Part shown: piece by piece, positions 26,566-35,850 of the stretch
Layout of the letters: each line of letters opens with the position of its first letter
How positions within the stretch are numbered: position 1 is the stretch's first letter
Position numbers and translations under genes: made by a program
NCBI GenBank assembly: GCA_964470815.1
Contig: CAYYEH010000004.1
Coordinates: 16,442 to 80,441 of the forward strand
Direction: 5' to 3'
Length of the DNA: 64,000 bases
DNA from: an uncultured Rikenella sp.
GTDB lineage: Bacteria > Bacteroidota > Bacteroidia > Bacteroidales > VadinHA17
The notes under the pieces: generated by a model
Database searches by the model: none
What the model saw: the letters and a program-made list of their open reading frames with translations, nothing else
What the model was told of the DNA's origin: nothing

Positions 26566-26928
26566 CTAAACAACTGCCACTGCGGCCCTGATTTTCCTGA
26601 GAAGATCATCGGGATCAAAAGGCTTGGTAATGTACCCGCTAACCTTCATTTCACCCGCCTGACGCTGCATCTGAGGATCGCTGAATGCCGACACTATCAG
26701 GACCGGGGTCTGCTTCTTCAGCTCTGTGCGAAGAAACCTTACCACCTCCAATCCGCTGTGATAGGGCATGTGAATGTCAACAATCACCAGGTCAAAATCA
26801 GTCCTTTTCAATGCCTCGATTGCCCTGTTTCCGTCACCTACAGTCACGGGATCATATCCCTCCCGTTCGATGACCACCGACATTGCCCTGGCAGCCAGCT
26901 GATTATCTTCACAGATAAGTATTTTCAT
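26566..26928 (-). CDS. Stand-alone CheY-like response regulator receiver
   Basis: 120 aa, single REC domain (MKILICEDNQ, DLVIVDIHMPYHSG, VLIVSAF, YITKPF). First gene of the GT2 operon. Confidence 0.9.
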   Translation of the reverse strand: MKILICEDNQLAARAMSVVIEREGYDPVTVGDGNRAIEALKRTDFDLVIVDIHMPYHSGLEVVRFLRTELKKQTPVLIVSAFSDPQMQRQAGEMKVSGYITKPFDPDDLLRKIRAAVAVV

Positions 26929-27104
26929 CCTTTCTTCAGTCCTTTAGCCCAGATGCCTTTTATATAATGCTGTCAACAATTCCGACTTGTGTCAGAGGGT
27001 CAAAAATGGCTCTTTTTGCGGCTCCTGCAAAATATTGAAGCCCTCAATTTGACATTTGTTGATAAATCGTTGATAATCCGCCTCCGGGGCATGATTAAAA
27101 AAAA

Positions 27105-30100
27105 TCACAGTTCCCTGATGCGGATATTCCTGAACCGGACCACCGAGCCATGTCCAAGGAACCCTATATGTCCGCCTGAGTTCTTCAGTCCCGGATGTTC
27201 TCTGCCGTCAATGGGTCCGTTGATGATGGCATCAGTCAGGTCTGAGTCGACGATTACAGCACCATTCAGGACCACTTTTATTTTTGTTCCCTTTGCAGTA
27301 ACCTCCTCGTAATTCCATTCACCCACCGGTCTCAGGAATCCCCTCCTGGCCGGTATGACACCGTAAACGGAACCATGATACTGGTATGGTTCAAGTTCCG
27401 AATATATGGATGCAGTGTTATCGAGTATCTGTATCTCCATCCCTGCGTAAGCGGCATCACCTTCAGGAGGGGTCCGGATTCCGAGTCCGTTATTTGCCCC
27501 CGGGGTAAGCTGAAACTCGAACCGGAAGATAAAATCCGAGTACTCCTTTCCGGTGTAGAGATTTCCGCCGCTGTTATTACCCGGCCTGATCACAATCATT
27601 CCATCTTCAACGGCATAGGAAACCTTGTCGCCGATCCACCCATCGAGGTTCATGCCGTTGAAAAGTGATATGAAACCTGCCTCCTTTTCCTTCTCTGTCA
27701 GGTTATACTCTGCCGTATTGATCTCCCTGATATAGATATCCCTGAAAGCAAGGTCGGTTCCATGGGCCTGAAGCTCAATGCTCCCCTTCCTGAATACCGG
27801 AATGGACCTGTCCCAGTAATTTTCCAGGGTGACCTCGTCAGTCACAAGGTCGCCGTTGAGCCATACAGTTACCTTATCTCCCGTCATAAGAATCCTGAAC
27901 GTATTCCATTCACCCGCGGGGTTATCTGCAACCAGGAGAGGCACTGAGGAATTCTTCTGGTTGTTGTACAGGCCTCCCGATCCCACCTGTGCTCCAACGT
28001 CGGTCCGGGATGTATCCCATATCTGTACCTGCGGTGTCCCGCGGAGGTAAATGCCGCTGTCGCCTCCCCTGGTTATCTTCCAGTCGACATACAACTCAAA
28101 GTCACCGTATTCCTTCACGCTGCACAGGTTATCTCCCACTCCGCTGAACCATATCATTCCATCCCTCACGCTCCAGTTTTCAAGCATCTTTCTGTCAGCC
28201 TCCTTTTGTCTGGCAGCCAGTTCCTTTGGCGTCATGGCAGCCCTGGTCACGGGGTTTCCCACCAGTCCTTTCCAGCCGGTAAGGTCATTGCCGTTGAACA
28301 TTGGTTCAAACGACCCGTCGCCGGGAAGGTTAAGCGATTGTATTGCTTCACCTGCTGCACTCCTCACCTCTTCCGAAGGGTCAGAAAGGTAAGGTGTAAT
28401 GAAGAATTCCGTCTGCCGTATTTCCAGGGAGCCGGCAAGGGCGACCATTCCCGCCCTGGCGCCTGGATCTGCGGCATATGGTGCCATATCCTTAATCATC
28501 AGCAGCTTTCGTTCGGGCTTCAGTCTGGCTGCAGATACCATTCTCATGTATGCATCAAAGGCCGGCATCCCGAAGGTTTTATTCCCTGAGGCGGTTATCT
28601 CACGGAGTATCTTTGCCGACGAGATGTCATTCCAATGAGTCAGAACGTCAAAGCAGACATCCCTGGTGATGGCGTCGCCGTTCTCAAACTCAGCGGCCAC
28701 CCTTTTCAGCGCCTCACCGCCCCCGGTAGCTGACAGAAGGGGGATCAGCTTGAGCCTGTCACGGCTTCTGTCCATGGCTTCAAGGATAAGTGCCGATCTT
28801 GCTGACGGGTCTTTATGGTCCATGGCTGCAGCGAGAATGGCACGCTGAAGTTCGGCCACCTCTGCCTTCTCCCCGGTTGCTTCAAGCAGTCCTATTATCT
28901 CCGGCTGGTCATTATAGGAGGCCAGTGCTGTGAGTGAAGTGATGGCGGCTGCCCTAATACCATAATCAGGAGATGAGGTAAAAGAAAAAACATCCCTGAA
29001 ATATCTCCTGTCACCGGACCAGGCCAGCAGCCTGACAAGGGTGACTGTTGATTGCCCTTTTGATGCCGGCAGTGCAGCAGCTATCTTACTTATGCCAGTG
29101 CTGTCAAGTATGGCTGTCAGTGTCTCTGAAGCAGTACGGTGTCCATCCTCAAGGTCATATTTCATTATCCAGGAAAGGATCTGGTCAACAGCTCCCGGGC
29201 CCTTCAGGCGGGCCAGGGCGGAGACGGCCGCAGAAGATACTTCCGGGGAGGGATCATCAAGTGCCTTTATTATCAGAGGCGCTGCCAGCTGATCTCCTCT
29301 TTCGCCAAGCATGTAAAGTATCCCGGACTTTGCAGGGGCCGAGACCTTTGAATATCTTTTTATCCATTTCATGGTAGCCTCGCTGCCGGGTATCCCTGAA
29401 GCCAGACGCAACGCACCTCCCCTGATGGCCACATCCGTATCGCCGGCAGCATCAAGCAGCATGCCCAGGGCACCGTTCCCTTTAACTGCCGTGATAACAC
29501 TCATTGCAGCAAGTCTCTGGCTGGCAGTCTCAGGTGTCATGCTTGCATCAATCACCTGTTTTGTTATACGTTCCATCTTCTTCACCTCTCCCCCAAGTCC
29601 GATGTTCTTTGCATAAAGCAGGAGAGCCTGAACCGCACCGGTCGGCTCCCACCGGTACGAGGCAGCAGCAGCGGCGCCGTTGAGAAAATCCCCTGCCTCA
29701 GGAACGCCGGTAGTGGCAATGGCATAGAGAGCAGCTGATTTTTCGGGGATGCTTCCCCTGGAATACCACTGCATATATGTTTCTGCTGATTTCCCGGGGC
29801 GGGTCTCCGCAAGAGCAACCATCGCCTGGGCAGCACACGGGCAATCATCCTGCCTCAGGGCCGAATAAAGAAGGCTGGCAGCAGCTTCGGTGCCAACAGA
29901 CTGCAGGACGATCACGGCATCCTCACACATATCGGCAGAGGTTACGTACTCCGCCAGTTCCTTCACGGCCAGTTCCGATCCGATAAGGTTTAACTGCCTC
30001 ATGAAGAATGATCTCACCTCCCGGTCAGTGCTTCTTTTCATAAAATCAATACATTGTTTCTCCCACTGACGCTTCCTGGCCTCATCAGTATCAGCAGAAA

Positions 30101-30371
30101 GGCGGGCAGTAAGAGCCGACACCGCATACCTCGCCCTTAAATCGTCACCGGTTCCCGCAGGCACTATCTGTCCGCAGATCATTCCCCTCCCCTCTTCTCC
30201 CAGTGAATACATTTCCTCCATCAGTCGTGAGGCAAGCTCAGGGTTGTCAGCAGGCATTCTGGCCAGCAGGTCAGCAACCTTTGTCCCGGTAGTTCTCAAA
30301 TCCTGGGCGGAAAGCGCTGTGGTTACAAGCAGCAATGCCGCAATGGTTAGAAGAGTTCTTATTCTGTTCAT
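27105..30371 (-). CDS. Secreted HEAT-repeat protein with two C-terminal DUF1080 (3-keto-disaccharide hydrolase-like) domains
   Basis: 1088 aa with a signal peptide and about 650 aa of HEAT-like repeats. Two DUF1080 copies follow: FEPMFNGNDLTGWKG...WSVRDGMIWF...GDFELYVDWKI...GDSGIYLRG, and FISLFNGMNLDGWIGD...YAVEDGMIVI...SDFIFRFEFQL...NNGLGIR. Confidence 0.8.
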   Translation of the reverse strand: MNRIRTLLTIAALLLVTTALSAQDLRTTGTKVADLLARMPADNPELASRLMEEMYSLGEEGRGMICGQIVPAGTGDDLRARYAVSALTARLSADTDEARKRQWEKQCIDFMKRSTDREVRSFFMRQLNLIGSELAVKELAEYVTSADMCEDAVIVLQSVGTEAAASLLYSALRQDDCPCAAQAMVALAETRPGKSAETYMQWYSRGSIPEKSAALYAIATTGVPEAGDFLNGAAAAASYRWEPTGAVQALLLYAKNIGLGGEVKKMERITKQVIDASMTPETASQRLAAMSVITAVKGNGALGMLLDAAGDTDVAIRGGALRLASGIPGSEATMKWIKRYSKVSAPAKSGILYMLGERGDQLAAPLIIKALDDPSPEVSSAAVSALARLKGPGAVDQILSWIMKYDLEDGHRTASETLTAILDSTGISKIAAALPASKGQSTVTLVRLLAWSGDRRYFRDVFSFTSSPDYGIRAAAITSLTALASYNDQPEIIGLLEATGEKAEVAELQRAILAAAMDHKDPSARSALILEAMDRSRDRLKLIPLLSATGGGEALKRVAAEFENGDAITRDVCFDVLTHWNDISSAKILREITASGNKTFGMPAFDAYMRMVSAARLKPERKLLMIKDMAPYAADPGARAGMVALAGSLEIRQTEFFITPYLSDPSEEVRSAAGEAIQSLNLPGDGSFEPMFNGNDLTGWKGLVGNPVTRAAMTPKELAARQKEADRKMLENWSVRDGMIWFSGVGDNLCSVKEYGDFELYVDWKITRGGDSGIYLRGTPQVQIWDTSRTDVGAQVGSGGLYNNQKNSSVPLLVADNPAGEWNTFRILMTGDKVTVWLNGDLVTDEVTLENYWDRSIPVFRKGSIELQAHGTDLAFRDIYIREINTAEYNLTEKEKEAGFISLFNGMNLDGWIGDKVSYAVEDGMIVIRPGNNSGGNLYTGKEYSDFIFRFEFQLTPGANNGLGIRTPPEGDAAYAGMEIQILDNTASIYSELEPYQYHGSVYGVIPARRGFLRPVGEWNYEEVTAKGTKIKVVLNGAVIVDSDLTDAIINGPIDGREHPGLKNSGGHIGFLGHGSVVRFRNIRIREL

Positions 30372-30390
30372 GATATATTGTATCTCCGTT

Positions 30391-31659
30391 TTACATATGC
30401 CATTCGCCCCTCATGGGCTGGTCTATGAGTGCATTGGCAGCATCATCGCCAATGAATTGCTGGGTGACAGGGTCAAATTTCAGGTTCCTGCCAAGCCGCA
30501 GTGCCACAACCCCCATATTCACAATGGTGCATGACCGGTGGCCGTTCTCCTCGTTAAGCGCAAACGGTTTCCTTGTCTTTACTGACTCTGAGAAGATTGT
30601 TACCCGGGGCTGCGGGTCAGGAAGCCTGCTTAAAAGTTGAGGGAGATCCGGGATATCAGAGAGGAAACCCTTGAATATTTTTCCATGAGGGCCTTCTATA
30701 TAGGCTGCATCCTTATCGCGGTTTTCGCCGTCAAGGATTATCCGGCAGCCGTCATCGTAAGTAAAGGTAATCCTTCGCCATGAACCGACTGCGTCATAAT
30801 GCTGCTGCGGGGCGTCAATCTCCACGGAAACGGGGCTGGTATGGTCCTTGTCAAGGAGGTACTGCACGGGGTCAATATAATGCTGTCCCATGTCACCCAG
30901 TCCTCCCCCGTCATAATCCCAGTATCCCCGGAAGTTCTCATGAACCCTGAGTTTATTGTATGGTTTGTATGGTGCCGGCCCCAGCCACATGTCATAATCG
31001 AGTCCGGCGGGAACCGGTTCGGGCTGAAGGTCAGTTTTTCCGCTCCAGTAGAATTTCCAGTCATAGCCGGTAATACCACTGATTGTCACCTTTAAGGGCC
31101 ATCCGAGCACACCGCTGGCTACGATCTTTTTCAGCGGTTTCACTGTAGTTCCAAGGCCGTAGAATTGCCCGGTAAAGCGGAACCATGTATTAAGCCTGAA
31201 CATCCTGCCGTTTGCCTTCACAGCTTCAACCAGCCTCTTACCCTCGCCTATGGTCCGGGTCATCGGTTTTTCGCACCAGATATCTTTTCCCGCTTCGGCG
31301 GCCATCTTAGCTATCACGCCATGCCAGTGAGGCGGGGTGGCTATGTGAACTATATCAATGTCAGGCCTGGAAATCAGCTCCCGGAAGTCGCGGTAACCCT
31401 TTACGCCGCTGCCAGCCCTGTCAAGGGCCCTCTGCAGATGTGAGGCATCAACATCGCAAACGGCAAGAAGGCGTGTATTTTCATAATTGAAATGTCCGAG
31501 GCCCATTCCCCCGACACCGACGATACCCTTTGTCAACTGGTCACTCGGTGGGATGAAACCTCTGCCGCCAAGCACATGCCGCGGAACGATAGTCAGGCCA
31601 AGGCAGACCGACATACTTCTTTTGATAAAACCTCTCCGGGAGCCATACAGCTTTTCCAT
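30391..31659 (-). CDS. Gfo/Idh/MocA-family oxidoreductase with twin-arginine signal
   Basis: 422 aa. TAT motif GSRRGFIKRSMSVCLG, Rossmann segment GIVGVGGMGLGH and the EKP motif (IWCEKPM). Confidence 0.85.
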   Translation of the reverse strand: MEKLYGSRRGFIKRSMSVCLGLTIVPRHVLGGRGFIPPSDQLTKGIVGVGGMGLGHFNYENTRLLAVCDVDASHLQRALDRAGSGVKGYRDFRELISRPDIDIVHIATPPHWHGVIAKMAAEAGKDIWCEKPMTRTIGEGKRLVEAVKANGRMFRLNTWFRFTGQFYGLGTTVKPLKKIVASGVLGWPLKVTISGITGYDWKFYWSGKTDLQPEPVPAGLDYDMWLGPAPYKPYNKLRVHENFRGYWDYDGGGLGDMGQHYIDPVQYLLDKDHTSPVSVEIDAPQQHYDAVGSWRRITFTYDDGCRIILDGENRDKDAAYIEGPHGKIFKGFLSDIPDLPQLLSRLPDPQPRVTIFSESVKTRKPFALNEENGHRSCTIVNMGVVALRLGRNLKFDPVTQQFIGDDAANALIDQPMRGEWHM

Positions 31660-31838
31660 TTTTCAGATCATTTACAGGAATTATAAAGATAGCAATTTGA
31701 AGATTGTGAAGCTCCGGAGTCTGTTATTTTCCAGGTCCGGAATCCCTTAGGGGTAAAGGAGGAGATGACTGCAGGCCATACGGAATTTGCATAATTTTCC
31801 CTGAAAGGGTTTTTTGTTTAAGGTTTTGTTTGTATTTT

Positions 31839-31846
31839 TAGTTTTG
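31839..31846 (+). promoter_or_regulatory. -7 promoter box TAGTTTTG
   Basis: Matches TAnnTTTG, 20 nt upstream of ATG 31866. Confidence 0.45.
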
Positions 31847-31865
31847 CAATCTACTGTTCATCAAA

Positions 31866-33917
31866 ATGGAAACAATAATGAAAAAAGTCATTGTGTCTCT
31901 TATGACGCTTGTTGCCTTTGTTCCCCTCAAATCCCAGGATCATTTCAAGTTTGACCATATTGATCCTGCTTACCTGAAAATGGACGTCTGTCCGTCTGAC
32001 TCTGCTGCTCAGGCCTTCATTATCTTCAATGAGCAGTCATGCATAACACGATATCACAAGACCACTGCCAGTTTCACTGACGGCAGAATGAACAACGGTC
32101 CTGAATACCGGAATGAAATCCAGATTCACCGGGCTGTCAAGATCCTTGATAATGAAGCCACTCATTGGGGCAACTTCACTTTTGTTTTCAACAAAAAACT
32201 GGAGAAGATAGTGTCTGTCAAAGGTTACACTTATAATCTTGACGGAAACAAGATTGTCAAGTCGAAGCTCGAGCGCAGCCAGATTATCTACGAGGATATA
32301 AGTTCAACAAGGGAAAGGATGAAGATAAGCATGCCACAGGTAAAGAAAGGGTCTGTCGTGGAGATTGAGTTAAATTTGACATCAGATAATTTCTACTCTC
32401 TGGGGCCGTTCCCGATGCAATTCACCATTCCTGTTGAAAAAAACATCCTTATGGTGAAGATGTTTGAATATTATAATTATAACAGGATTATCAAGGGGTA
32501 CTTCGGGGTAAGCCCGAAGCGTTCAAGCACGCGGGTTGAAGTACCCATAACAGTTACAGAGAGCACCTTCAGTGGCAGAACAACCAGCCAGAATAAAATC
32601 ACCTATCTAGAGTTATCTGAGGAATATGCAATGGATAATGTTCCGGCATTCCCGCTGGAATCATATCTTACCACCCCTGACAATTACCTGGCAAGTATCA
32701 GGTTTGAACTTGCATTTACAAAGTTCCCGAATACCCCCCAGAAGCATTTCAACAGTTCATGGGAGTCACTTACGAAAGTTCTGATTGAGGATCCCAATTT
32801 CGGACAACAGTTGAGGAATACGGGATTTCTCGGGGAACTTGCCGGAAAGCTCCGGTCAGGGTCCGACGGCCAGGCAGCCCTTTTACAGGCATGTTATGAA
32901 CATATCAGGGACAATATTACCTGTGACAACAAAACAGGAATATTCTGTGAAAACGGCATACGTGAAGTCTTAAAAAACGGGAAAGGGGATGTCCAGGGCG
33001 TAAATTTGCTTCTCACGGCATTGGTCAGGGAGGCCGGCCTGAGGGCATGGCCGGTAATCCTCAGCACCAGGAGCAACGGGATGATCCAGCCGATATACCC
33101 GTCAATTGACGATTTCAACTATGTGATCTGCCTCGCCGAGGCAGACGGAAAGAGGATATTGCTGGATGCTTCAGACAGGTACCTTACGATGAATCTGCTG
33201 GATCCGGCGTGCCTGAACGATAAGGGAAGAATAATTGATCAGACCGAAACAGGATGGATTGAACTTACCAATCCCGAAAACTCATATAAGATCACAACAA
33301 CATGGAATGTTGAGCTTGGGGACGATGGCGTTGCACACGTTAAAGCTGAAGAGCTATATGAAGACATTGCGGCCTACATGCAACGTGACCGTATCAGAGA
33401 CGCTGGAGGTTTTGAAAAGTACATTGACGGAATAAATCATCCTGATAACGGATTTACAATTTTATCTTCAGGTATCGAGAACCAGGAGGATAAGTCCAAA
33501 CCTGTCAGGCAGACGATGGAACTGGACCTTGACAGGGGATATAAACAGGGTGACCTTTTCATTTTCCTTCCGCTGTTCACTGAAGCGCTGGGTGAAAATC
33601 CCTTTAAGCTTAAGAAAAGGGAATACCCGGTGGAATTTGAATTTCCTGCAACCGAGAAAGTTGTGATCAGGACTAAAATACCTGAAGGATATGAAATTGA
33701 GAGTCTCCCTCAGGGCAAGTCATATAATCTGCCAGGCGGTTCAATTGTATATTGGTACAGGATAACCGGAGAAAATAACGAAATAGTTGCAGAATACAGT
33801 TACCAGATAAAACGGATGGTATTTCCGACTCATGAATATGAGAACCTGAAGGACCTGTACAGGGTAATAACTGAAAGTCAGAATGAGAGTGTTGTCCTTA
33901 AAAGGTCAGCAGAATGA
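31866..33917 (+). CDS. DUF3857 / transglutaminase-like / DUF3858 protein, catalytic Cys replaced (predicted inactive paralogue)
   Basis: 683 aa with a signal peptide. The transglutaminase-core position reads GKGDVQGVNLLLTALVREAGLRAW, with Val (32991..32993) where the nucleophile Cys is expected. Confidence 0.65.
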   Translation: METIMKKVIVSLMTLVAFVPLKSQDHFKFDHIDPAYLKMDVCPSDSAAQAFIIFNEQSCITRYHKTTASFTDGRMNNGPEYRNEIQIHRAVKILDNEATHWGNFTFVFNKKLEKIVSVKGYTYNLDGNKIVKSKLERSQIIYEDISSTRERMKISMPQVKKGSVVEIELNLTSDNFYSLGPFPMQFTIPVEKNILMVKMFEYYNYNRIIKGYFGVSPKRSSTRVEVPITVTESTFSGRTTSQNKITYLELSEEYAMDNVPAFPLESYLTTPDNYLASIRFELAFTKFPNTPQKHFNSSWESLTKVLIEDPNFGQQLRNTGFLGELAGKLRSGSDGQAALLQACYEHIRDNITCDNKTGIFCENGIREVLKNGKGDVQGVNLLLTALVREAGLRAWPVILSTRSNGMIQPIYPSIDDFNYVICLAEADGKRILLDASDRYLTMNLLDPACLNDKGRIIDQTETGWIELTNPENSYKITTTWNVELGDDGVAHVKAEELYEDIAAYMQRDRIRDAGGFEKYIDGINHPDNGFTILSSGIENQEDKSKPVRQTMELDLDRGYKQGDLFIFLPLFTEALGENPFKLKKREYPVEFEFPATEKVVIRTKIPEGYEIESLPQGKSYNLPGGSIVYWYRITGENNEIVAEYSYQIKRMVFPTHEYENLKDLYRVITESQNESVVLKRSAE

Positions 33918-35806
33918 AAACAAAAGCGGCGGTGATTCTTTTCATTTCTGCCACCAGTGTTCTGGCAGGTGAAGGCATCGGAGAACCGGCTCCGGCACTG
34001 CCTGCCCTGGTCAATGCTGTAATCAATGAATGTCATATAACATATGAAGTCAGGTCCGTGACAGACATTCGTAAAACCACTGTTTACAGGGCTACCGTAC
34101 TGAACCAGGGCGGAAGGAATTATGGCAAGTTCAGAGCCGTAGTTGACAACGACAGCAGGATAAGCAGCTTTAATGGCACCATAACAAAAGCTGACGGCAC
34201 TGTCAGCGATAAGATAAGGATTACAGACCTTAAGGACGTACCTTTTTATCCTGACTTTGTCTTTGCAACGGATGACAGGTTGTATTATTATGAACCGGTT
34301 ATTCAGGATTATCCTTATACCCTTACATATGAGACGGTTATCAGTTATTCAGGATTGATCGCATTTGAGACCTGGACTCCCGTTGACAACCTTAATCTTG
34401 CATGCGACACTGCCTCATACACCATTATCTTTCCTGATGGGTACAATATCAGGTACAGGAGTTTCAACATACCTGACAAACCGGTTACCGGGAAACCGGA
34501 TGGAAACCGCTCGCTGATATCATGGGGTATTGGTCACATTGAACCGATAGAACTCAAAAACTTCATACCATCCCTTGAATCATTCCTGCCCTACCTGATG
34601 GTAATGCCGGAAAAGTTCTGCTATGATGGTCACACCGGCGAGTTTTCCGATGCCAGATCATATGGATCATGGATAGCAGGTCTTCTTGCTGACAGGGAAG
34701 AACTTAATCCTGTCATCAGGGCACAGATGGCTGCTCTGACATCAGATGCCACTGGGACAAAGGAGAAGGTCAGACGGATTTACAGGTTTCTTCAGGAAAA
34801 TACACGTTATGTGGCCATTGCCTTTGGCATAGGAGGAATACAACCGGCCCCGGCGGATAAAGTATTAAAATATGGTTACGGAGACTGCAAGGGGCTCTCC
34901 AACTTTATGAGATCACTTCTGGCTTCAGTGGGTATAAGGTCTTACTATGCGGAAATCGGGAACGGCAACATGAAGATCCTGTATGATGATTTCACTTACC
35001 TGCAAACCAACCATGTGGTCTTGTGTGTTCCGGATGCGAATGACACGATCTGGCTGGAGTGTACAAGTCAGTATTATGATGCAGGTTACCTGGGCTATTC
35101 CAACAGTAACAGGAAAGCGCTGTTAATTACTGGAGAGGGTGGTATTCTGGTCAACACACCCAGAGCCGATTCATCGAACAGTTACCGGAATGCAAAATAT
35201 GAACTAAAAATCGGTTCTGACGGTAGTTCTGAATATAAGATTATTACCGAAGCCACAGGGCATTACTATGAAGATCTGCTGTACATCAAACATTTCACCA
35301 GGGATCAGGCATTAAAGTATCTTTACAGGGAGCTCCCTCTAAGGAACCATACAATTACAGACTTTGAAGCAATATCTGACACTTCAAGGATCGCATCGCT
35401 GAAGGCATCCTTTCAGGGCAAGCTGAATAAATACGGCACAATCGCCGGGAAACGTCTCATTGTTCCGGTTATTCCATGCAAAATGTTCGAATCAGTTCCT
35501 AAACTTGAGGCAGACCGCAAGGTTCCGTTTCATATCCCGGAGAATACTGCATGCATTGATACAATAACCATAAAAATCCCGGATGCATATAAAACGGCAG
35601 CCCTTGCTGAGACCAGGGAGTTTTCAAATGAATTTGGAAGATACCGGCAATCAATCAGATCAGACGGGTCTGATCTGCTCGTAATAAGAGAGGTGGTAAT
35701 GCCGGCCGGCACCTTTCCTGCTGAAGAGAGGGACAAGCTGACAGAATTCTTCAAAAAGTGTCATGACCTGGAGGCAATCTCAGCCATGTATGAACTTGCA
35801 GACTAA
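33914..35806 (+). CDS. DUF3857 / transglutaminase-like protein with intact Cys-His core
   Basis: 630 aa with a signal peptide. Motif YGYGDCKGLSNFMRSLLASVGIRSYY (Cys codon 34886..34888) followed by TNHVVLCV...IWLECTS. The ATGA start overlaps the upstream paralogue. Confidence 0.7.
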   Translation: MKTKAAVILFISATSVLAGEGIGEPAPALPALVNAVINECHITYEVRSVTDIRKTTVYRATVLNQGGRNYGKFRAVVDNDSRISSFNGTITKADGTVSDKIRITDLKDVPFYPDFVFATDDRLYYYEPVIQDYPYTLTYETVISYSGLIAFETWTPVDNLNLACDTASYTIIFPDGYNIRYRSFNIPDKPVTGKPDGNRSLISWGIGHIEPIELKNFIPSLESFLPYLMVMPEKFCYDGHTGEFSDARSYGSWIAGLLADREELNPVIRAQMAALTSDATGTKEKVRRIYRFLQENTRYVAIAFGIGGIQPAPADKVLKYGYGDCKGLSNFMRSLLASVGIRSYYAEIGNGNMKILYDDFTYLQTNHVVLCVPDANDTIWLECTSQYYDAGYLGYSNSNRKALLITGEGGILVNTPRADSSNSYRNAKYELKIGSDGSSEYKIITEATGHYYEDLLYIKHFTRDQALKYLYRELPLRNHTITDFEAISDTSRIASLKASFQGKLNKYGTIAGKRLIVPVIPCKMFESVPKLEADRKVPFHIPENTACIDTITIKIPDAYKTAALAETREFSNEFGRYRQSIRSDGSDLLVIREVVMPAGTFPAEERDKLTEFFKKCHDLEAISAMYELAD

Positions 35807-35850
35807 ATGCGGCATAAATTTACAGGACACCGGCAGGCTGGTTAATTACT

